From positions 1-33,845 of the IMG/VR virus record IMGVR_UViG_3300033076_000358: a DNA stretch of 33,845 nt, one strand, 5' to 3'. A model generated the notes under the pieces. That model searched no databases. It saw only the letters and a list, made by a program, of their open reading frames with translations, and was not told the origin of the DNA. A program made the position numbers and the translations under genes. Positions 1 to 8,200 of the stretch are shown here, piece after piece. Each line of letters begins with the position of its first letter. Positions within the stretch are counted from its first letter, which is position 1. The stretch is from a virus. Its lineage: Duplodnaviria; Caudoviricetes.

Positions 1-360
1 CCTCGTAGCACTGGTGGTGCTAACCCTGAGAAGATCACTGGAAGCATGACTCCTCCTAAGGCTGGTGCTCGTCCTTCGGTCGGTAAGCCTGCACCTGAGC
101 AGACTCCTCGTAGCACTGGTGGTGCTAACCCTGAGAAGATCACTGGAAGCATGACTCCTCCTAAGGCTGGTGCTCGTCCTTCGGTCGGTAAGCCTGCACC
201 TGAGCAGACTCCTCGTAGCACTGGTGGTGCTAACCCTGAGAAGATCACTGGAAGCATGACTCCTCCTAAGGCTGGTGCTCGTCCTTCTGTAGGTAAGCCA
301 GCCCCTGACCAGGCTCCTCGTGTTCCTGCTAAGCCTAACCCTGAAACTATTACTGGTAGC
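1..360 (+). repeat. 105-bp (35-aa) coding tandem repeat
   Basis: Unit cctcgtagcactggtggt... restarts at 1, 106 and 211. Identical to about base 287, then a degenerate partial copy from 316. Confidence 0.95.
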
Positions 361-618
361 AGGGGCGGTAAGGCTCCTAAGCCTGCTGGTGATGTTTCGG
401 CTCCTGGTGCCCGTCCAGTGAAGCCTGCTCCAGCACCTGCAGCACCTACTGTTTACCGTGCTAAGAAGGGTGACGGTTTGTGGCAGGTTGCTGAGAAGAC
501 TAAGCCTGCTGGTGGTAGCACTGCTGCTTGGTGGACGAAGATTAAGAAGTTGAACAGCACCAACGGTAAGGTGAACCGCACCTACACTGGCACTGGTGTG
601 AAACTACCTAAGGCGTAA
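1..618 (+). CDS. Pro/Gly/Lys/Thr repeat protein with C-terminal LysM domain (5' end outside window)
   Basis: Frame is open from base 1 (PRSTGGANPEKITGSM...). The C-terminus YRAKKGDGLWQVA...IKKLN...TYTGTGVKLP follows the LysM pattern (Y.VK.GDTLW.IA...N...I..G..L.LP). Confidence 0.75.
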   Translation, partial: PRSTGGANPEKITGSMTPPKAGARPSVGKPAPEQTPRSTGGANPEKITGSMTPPKAGARPSVGKPAPEQTPRSTGGANPEKITGSMTPPKAGARPSVGKPAPDQAPRVPAKPNPETITGSRGGKAPKPAGDVSAPGARPVKPAPAPAAPTVYRAKKGDGLWQVAEKTKPAGGSTAAWWTKIKKLNSTNGKVNRTYTGTGVKLPKA

Positions 619-620
619 AA

Positions 621-1271
621 ATGAGCGAATTGCATCCAGCACTGCGAGGTAAGAACATTGCTCCAGGAACTCCTGAAGCGTTCATTGCTGTTGCACAGTT
701 TTATGTTGGCACTAAAGAGAAGCCGAAGGGTTCCAACCACACTATTTTTGGTGCATGGTATGGTGTTCAGACGGCTTGGTGTGCCATGTTTGTTTCTTAC
801 TGTCTAAACCACTCTGGTAACGGTAAGACGATTAATGGTGCTCAGTCGAAGAAGGGTTTTGCTCTTTGTTCGAAGGGTATTGCTTGGTTTAAGAAGAAGA
901 AGGCTTGGTTCCCTGTGAAGCAGGCTAAGCCAGGCGATGTAGCGTTCTTTGACTGGAACCACGACCATAACCCTGACCACACTGGTCTGATTGTTAAGGT
1001 TGATCTTAAGAAGAAGCGTGTTCTCACGATTGAGGGTAACACTGGTCCTAAGGATCTTTCTAATGGCGGTATGGTGTCTAAGCAGTGGCGTAACATGTCT
1101 GTGATTATTGGTGTTGGTCGTCCAGCGTTTCCAGCCCTTGTAGCGGCTCCTGTGGCTCCTGTGGCTGTTCCTGTAGCGGCTGTGGAGCCTGCTAAACTAG
1201 AATTACCATTAGATCCTGCTGTAGCGGCTCTGGTGGCTCAACACGAGGCTAAACAAGAGAAGCAGGTATAA
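621..1271 (+). CDS. Endolysin, CHAP domain
   Basis: AWCAMFVS (catalytic Cys), PGDVAFFDW, DHTGLIV (His) and TIEGNT motifs; Pro/Ala/Val-rich tail. Confidence 0.9.
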   Translation: MSELHPALRGKNIAPGTPEAFIAVAQFYVGTKEKPKGSNHTIFGAWYGVQTAWCAMFVSYCLNHSGNGKTINGAQSKKGFALCSKGIAWFKKKKAWFPVKQAKPGDVAFFDWNHDHNPDHTGLIVKVDLKKKRVLTIEGNTGPKDLSNGGMVSKQWRNMSVIIGVGRPAFPALVAAPVAPVAVPVAAVEPAKLELPLDPAVAALVAQHEAKQEKQV

Positions 1272-1556
1272 ATGACGTTCGGTGAGCGTGTAAAGGCTGT
1301 GGCAGGCGTTTTAGCAACGTTGGCATGGCGTGGTTTCGGTATCCTCCTATTTGTTGTGGGTGGTGCTGCGGGTTCTGGTGCGATTTTCACTGGTGACCCT
1401 TTTGTTGGTATTCTGATTGCTTGGTCTACGATGATGATCGGTGTGGTTGGTGCGATTGGTTATGCAATTGCGGTGACTGGTTCTGCTTCGTCTGAGGATG
1501 TGGCTAAGGCTACCCAGGATGCTATTCAGAAATATCAGGAAGAGAAGGACAAGTAA
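1272..1556 (+). CDS. Putative holin (two transmembrane segments)
   Basis: Two hydrophobic stretches and a charged C-terminus; directly follows the endolysin. Confidence 0.65.
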   Translation: MTFGERVKAVAGVLATLAWRGFGILLFVVGGAAGSGAIFTGDPFVGILIAWSTMMIGVVGAIGYAIAVTGSASSEDVAKATQDAIQKYQEEKDK

Positions 1557-1816
1557 TGATTAGCAAGCCTAAAGATCCTCGTCCTATTGGTGAAGAGGAT
1601 GACTCGTATCTTAAGCCTGGCATGAAGGATGAGAACGAGTCAACCCACAAGGTTGGCCGTCCTACCCCTGTCAAGCCTATGCCTGTAAAGAAGAACGGGT
1701 TAGTTAAAGGCGTTAAGCCTATGCCTGTAAAGAAGAACGGGTTAGTTAAAGGCGTGAAGCCTATGGCTGGTAAAGTTCGTGCTTTGCGTGAGGCTATGAT
1801 AAGGAAGTCTAAGTAA
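1556..1816 (+). CDS. Small basic hypothetical protein with 14-aa repeat
   Basis: TAATG-coupled to both neighbours; VKPMPVKKNGLVKG x2. Confidence 0.65.
   Translation: MISKPKDPRPIGEEDDSYLKPGMKDENESTHKVGRPTPVKPMPVKKNGLVKGVKPMPVKKNGLVKGVKPMAGKVRALREAMIRKSK
1673..1765 (+). repeat. 42-bp tandem repeat (~2.2 copies)
   Basis: aagcctatg recurs at 1673, 1715 and 1757. Confidence 0.9.
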
Positions 1817-2160
1817 TGGCTAAGACTCCTGATTCTTTCGCTGCACCTCGTGGTGCTGGTTCTGCTGGCCGTCCTGCTACTTATGGCGGGTCTGCTAGGG
1901 CTGCTAAGCAGGCTAAAGCAGATAAGCGTAAGGCTCTCGCTAAGAAGGTTGCTGGCGGTGCCGCTGCTGGCGGTGCTGTAGCCTACTATCTTTACGCACA
2001 GGAAAAGATGGCTCAGAAGCGTGAGGCTGACCGTAAAAAGCAAGAGCAGATCAAGAAGGACTCTGACAAACTTGGCGTAGACTCTAACGGTAAGACTTAC
2101 GAACAGCAGCAACTTGATGAGCGTATGAAGAAAGTTAAAGACACTATCAAAAAAGGTTAA
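1816..2160 (+). CDS. Hypothetical basic protein with Gly/Ala hydrophobic segment
   Basis: TAATG overlap with previous ORF; VAGGAAAGGAVAYYLYA segment; ends just before the terminator. Confidence 0.7.
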   Translation: MAKTPDSFAAPRGAGSAGRPATYGGSARAAKQAKADKRKALAKKVAGGAAAGGAVAYYLYAQEKMAQKREADRKKQEQIKKDSDKLGVDSNGKTYEQQQLDERMKKVKDTIKKG

Positions 2161-2171
2161 TACTTTTAAAA

Positions 2172-2208
2172 GAAAACCCCCTCCAGGAAGACTTTGGAGG
2201 GGGTTTTC
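2172..2208. terminator. Bidirectional intrinsic terminator between convergent operons
   Basis: Perfect 14-bp inverted repeat gaaaaccccctcca/tggagggggttttc, 9-nt loop, T-rich runs on both strands. Confidence 0.85.
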
Positions 2209-2211
2209 GGT

Positions 2212-5200
2212 TTATAGACCGGCTTGGTCTTTTCTTCGTGCAATGATCTCTTGCACTGCCTTTTTACGGATCTCGATAGTGTCGAGTTCAGTAAGTTTCA
2301 TACCGCTTAACCAGTTGTTGATTGCAATCCAGTGTTTACGGTTTAGGGCGTCTTTGTTCATTCCATCTTCAGAAGCCTTCTTAGCGATGTCTGGGAATAG
2401 CATTGCAGCCATAATATGTTGTGGGCCCCAACCAATCTTAGACAGGGCATCCTCTACCAACAGTCCAACAGTTTTGTTAGTGAATCTGCCGTTCTGGAGT
2501 AGCGGTGACCCGCCCTGGGTTTCCTTCTTATCAACCCAGTCTGTGTATAGCGAGATTAACAGTGGGTTTGATGATGTTACAAAGTTGTCGAATGTCTGGT
2601 AACCTACTTGACCGATTTGCTGTTCGATAGGGTCTTGGTTGTTGAAACGGAGTCCCTGTAGCCATGAACCTTGACCGAGTAGATCGGTTATAGGGTTGGA
2701 TACGGTGAACGATGCCATACGTCCCTGGTCGTTTAGTATGGTTGGGCTCATGTTGCCTCGCATATACCATGGACGTAACTGGTTGTTAGGGTCGAAGTCT
2801 CCGAAGCCGCTGTATTCGGCTCCTTGTGCTTCGCCCATAGTTTGCTGGAATCGTAGGATGTTGTTGGCAACACCTGGCTTGTCTAGGACGTCCATTAAGA
2901 CTGTTCCTAGCATTTTTGCTCGCCAGGTGAAGAATAGAACAAAGTTTCTTGTCCATTTCTGGTTCACGGTGCTTAAACCTTGGACCTGTGGGTGGACACG
3001 GTTTACTTGCTTTCCAGCATAGGCTGCTGCTTCTTCTAGCGAGTTCCAGTTGCCTTTCTGGATGATGTTGATGAAGGCTACGATTCTTAGCCAGTCGTCA
3101 CGAGTTCCTGCATTTCTTGCTAGGAATGCGTCTCCACGCTGGTATAGGTTAGGTTTTTTAACCTTTCCAAGCATTCCTGCTTCACGTAGTGCATCTACAC
3201 CACCAGCCTGGCTGTGAGGGACGACACCAGCATATTTGGTATACATGTCCCACCAGGTTTTGACTGGAATGTTTACTGACTTGTTCTGAACCTTAGTGGT
3301 GTAGGAAGTGCTGGTTAGTGGATCGTTTGCTGGGTTGAATTCGATTTGTCCCTTAGCGGTGCGACGGTCTAGTTTTGCTAGCATTCCTTCGATTGATTTG
3401 CGGTCTAGTCCTAGTTCGTCTACTGCTTGGCCTACTGAACGCATTACTTCAGCACCTCTAGCGTAGGCTAATGGTGAGTTGACGCCTAGGAATAGTGAGT
3501 TTGCTACGACTCCACCTAGTGTGTTCTGTATCCAGTTCTTTGGGGTGTAGTTGGTCATGCTCTTTTTGGCTATGTCTTGAATCCACTGCATCTTGAGCAA
3601 TGCTTTTTCTAGGGTTCCGTTGGCTTCTAGGTGCTTAACGTCACCCATGAATTTGGCTAGGCTTTGAATCTCTGAGGCTAGTGCTCTAGGGAAGTAGTAG
3701 CCTTTAGGTAGGTAGTGGAGCATTTCGGCACCGTGTGGGATGTTTTTTGGTGGCACGATTTCGACTAGGTCGGCTGCTCGTGCTTCTTCCTTGCTGATGC
3801 TTTCTACAGGGAATCCGAATTTCTCTAGTTCGGCACCCATGATGCGAACTTCTAGGGTCTTACGGCCAGCAGTGTGTAGACCTACATATAGATCTAGTGG
3901 GTTGCTAATTTCCCATTCACGCCATTGGTTTGCAAAACCTTCAGGGTCTTTAATTGATTGTAGTGCGTAGGAGTCTCTAACCTTTTTAGGCTGAACAGTT
4001 GCTGTGCCTGCTTTTAGAGCGATCTCAGCGTCTTTACGGTTAGTGATTGCTTTACCGCTCTTGGTGTCAACAATTTCGGTGATTTCTCGACCCATTCCTT
4101 GGCCGATGTCTCTCAGGAACTTGTTGAATAGCCTAGTTTCGTATGCGGTGGCTTGGGTGAGGAAGTTCTTTTCTGCACCTGCCAGCATGCGAGAGTGTAG
4201 GATCCATAGGTCTGCTGCAGCGTCTCGTAGCCAGGAGTCTTCTGCTGGAATATAGTCGTCGAGCAGTTTGACGTCGTCAAGTAGGTTTGAGTATTCTTCT
4301 TTAGTCATGCCTTCGATGAGTCCTGATGCTTTAGCGTCAGCGATCTCTTCTAGGCGTTTCATTGCGTCAAAGGCTTTTTGTGCGACTTCGTCAGGCATTT
4401 TCTGGAATGCTGCGAAGGCTTCAGCGGATAGGTTGCGTCCGGTGCGTTCTTCGAATGACCCGAATTTTTCTTTCATAGCGTATGCGTGTTTTGCGACTGT
4501 TTCAGCAAATTCGCTTGTAACAGTTTTAGTGTTCATTACGATTGGGTCTGCTAGGTGGCGAACTTCATCCATTCCGTATGATGCGAACATGCGTAGTCCA
4601 CGGTCTAGGAATCCTAGCATTCGCAGGTTCTTTAGGATGGTGCCTTTTTCTGCGTGTAGGTTTACTGCGAACTCGTAGATTAGGTCGTCGTCAGCGTTCT
4701 TGTTTATGAGTTCCATAGTGTTTGTGAACATCATGTTTTGGAACAAGATTGGGTCTAGTGCTTCGCTTGCACCTTGCTGTAGTTCTTGGATGCTCTTGGC
4801 TTCAGCAGATAGGTCTTCAACCTTCTGGATTTCTTTAATAATGATTGCCTGGTGTGGCTGTAGTCGTGCACCGATGCGGGCTCCGAAGTCCATTTTGGCG
4901 ATGAGTTCTACTCGTGGATCGTTAGTTACGATTCCTGCAGCCTCGTTTAGGGCTCGTCCAGCGTCTTCTACGGCTTTAATGTTCATACCGTCGCTGGTGA
5001 ACTTGCTGTCTAGTAGTTGGAATAGGCCTTTGAAGATTGGTTCGGTTACTACGCCTGCTTCGTATTGTAGGCGTTTGTAAGCGTATCCTCCTCGAGCAAC
5101 ATGGTTTCTGTATAGTTGATCTGCTACGTCTTCTCTTAGTAGGTGGTCTACTAATGTTTCAATTTTGACTCTGGTGTTGAATAGGGTGGCTTCGTCGTTC

Positions 5201-8200
5201 ATTAGCGACTTAATCTTTATACCCTTTTCGGTCTTTCCACGGTCAATCTTTCGGATTGCGTTTTCCATGGCGTCGATCATTTCGCCTTTTAGTCGGCTGA
5301 TAATGTCGGCTTCGAACCACATTCCTTCTTTAAGGGCGGACATTCCGATGATTAGGAGTCTGGCTGCAGGTAGCATTGAGGTGATTGGTAGGCTGTCTAG
5401 GCGTCCAGTGAAGAAGAATTCTTTGCTCATTACTGGACCGAATACGTCCATGAAGTCTGTTTCGGTTAGGTAGACTGCGTGTTTACCTAGTTTCTCAATT
5501 TCAGCCTTTGTTAGTCCTTCGTCACCAAATTTTCCAGTGATCTTGGCTAGGTTGGCTAGTTCGCCTTTGGATAGGTTGATTGTTGAACTTGGGTAGATTC
5601 CTCGGGCGTTGAAGTATAGGTCACGGACCTGTAACACTTTCTTAGTGTAGACGGTCATGAATTCTCGCCATGCTGGAGAGTTCTTTGCTAGTTTTCGACC
5701 TTCAGCAATGTTTTCTAGTTGGAAAATAATTTCTTTCCAAGCAGTGTATAGGTTGTAGGTGTCGAAGTTTGGTTTGATAAAGACCTGGTCTTTTTTAGGT
5801 AGGGTTTTTGCAGTTTCTTTATCAACGTTTGCTCGTTGCATACGTCCAGCGAAGTCTTCGTAAACTAGGTTGGCTACTGGTCGAACTGCTGTGCCTTCTT
5901 CCTTAGCGATATAGCCTGGCATGTCTGTGAAGGTTCCGAATGCACGTCCAGCGGATAGGTCAGCGATGTCGACTACCCATGATTCACCGGCTTCTTCTAG
6001 CGTGTTTACGGCTGAGGTTAGCATGTGTAGGGTTTGGTCTACCGTTATTTCTGGGGCTGGTAGAGCGTCTGACATGGCTTTAATGTCGTCTCCAGCAGCG
6101 AATAGTTCGTTGCTGAACATGTCGTTCATTTGAGCCTGTTTTAGTTCTTCTTCGCTAATGTGTTTTTTAGCGGAGCGGATTAGTCCTAGGATGTCTGAAC
6201 GCTTCAGGATTTCAGCCTTGCTGAGCATCTTGTCTGCATCTTTAACACCTAATGCTTCTAGGACGGTTGCTACTTGTTCTTCTGTTGGAACTGGGCGTCC
6301 TGTTGCAGGGTTGATCTGTCCAGGTAGTAGGGTAGAGTTTTTGCGGTCTACGTAACTGTCTAGGAGTTCACGATAGTTTCTCCAACGGCTTCCGCCTCCA
6401 CCAAGTTTGGTCATGTTCTTCATGTGGCGTAGGGCAATTTCCCATTCGTCCTGGTCGAGAACTGTTAGGATTTCTTTGTTGCGTAGCCAGGAGATGAATA
6501 AGTTTGGGTTGCCTGTTTCGATAACTTTCAGGACGCTCATTTCGCCGTCCCATTCAACCTTCGCTAGGTTTGGGTAGTCTTTTTCTACAGCGGCTTCGAT
6601 CTTCTTTACGAGTCGGTCGAAACTCTTTTGTTCTTTAACTAGATCTAGGACTCCACCATCGCTCTTTACAACGAACTTGTGTAGTGGGGTTTCGATTGCT
6701 CGTAGGTCTGCTGCTGTTTCTGCGATTCGCATGTCGTATGCATGCCAGAATCTTGCGTTAATGTTTGCTTCGACACGTGCCACTGATGTGCTGTTAGCCT
6801 TAATTTCTCTCTGAATGAAAGATAGTAGGGCTTTCTTGTCTAGGCTTAGTGGGATGGAGCGGATTGCTTCTTTTCGTGCGATTGCTTCGATTGCAGCATT
6901 TTGGGCTCGCTCGTAGCGGGCTGCGATTAGGCGGTCGTAGAAGAAACGCTCAGTCTTGCTAAGTGCATTATATTTCTTTTTCTTGGCAGAGTTGATGACT
7001 GCGTCTACGATTAGGTGGGTTGCTTTTTCACCTTCAGCGGCGGCTACTGCTACACCGTTTTTAATGACGGCTGGAACCATTCCAGGGTTTGCTGGAAGGT
7101 TCTTAAACATGTCGATTACTTCTTTGGTGGCACTAATGTAGTTTGTTTTTAGTGCACGATCTGCAGCAGCGATTCCTTCAGGGAACTCTTCAGATACTAG
7201 GTCTTTCCCTGTGACTGCTCGACCTTCATCGATAATGATTGAAAGGTATGAGGTGTCTGCTTCTTTACCACGAGGGTATGGAAGGATAATTTTGTTTCTT
7301 GAGTATTCTTTACCTAAAGCGATCTTGGATTCGTAGATGTCGTCTTCAAGGTATTTGAGTAGTTCTTCGACTTTTTTGGTTAGTCGCTTCTCTTCGTTCT
7401 TTATGACTACGGCTGCACGTGATGAACCTGTTGCTTTACCAATGGTTCTGGTTCTTACTTCTAGTGAGTGAAGTAGTGGCGGGGTTACGTATGCGGTCCA
7501 TTCGTCAGTTTGTGCTAGTAGTTTTAGGGCTTCTGCACGGCTTTCAGCGGTTTTGAATGATGCTAGTGGTGGGATTCCTGCTTTGGCGGCCAATGCGTCT
7601 AATGCTTCAGCGAATACGCCTCCGTCTAGGGAGTCTCGAGTGTGGGAACTTGCAGCCCATGCATAGGCTAAGAATTCACTCTTTAGTTTCGCTGCTTCGC
7701 CTACTTTTGTTTCAGTGAAGATGCGGTCTAGTCCTTTACGTAGGACTGGGCCTAGTTTTCTGTTGTAAGTTCCTGTGACTGCGGTGAGTAGGGCTGATCC
7801 GTTGCTAGTGTCACCTACTACGTTGATTCCGTGTCGGCTTAACTGCATGATTGCTTGTAGTTTGGCTTGGGCTAGTTTTTCAACTGATTCGATTGCTAGG
7901 TCTAGTTCTGCCTGGCTTACAAGTTCTGAACGTAGTTTGTTGCGTCGTAGTCCTGCGTCTAGGGCGTCGATGACTTGGTTGTCGGTAAGTTTGGTGACCA
8001 TCGCTGCGGTAAGGGTTACTGGCTTACCTTTGATGTTGATTTTGATGGTTTTCTTTTCGATAGCCTTTGCGATTGCTTTTTTGGCGGCTACGATTTGCGA
8101 CATGCGGGCTGCTGTTAGGTCTTCCGCAATGTTGTCTAGGGCCACTCGTCCTTCGATTGCTGAAAGTGATTCTGAGCGGAGACCTAAACGGCGTAGGAGG

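Noticed and set aside
1-360. Possible CRISPR array
   Set aside because: Repeats are contiguous, in-frame 105-bp units with no unique spacers.
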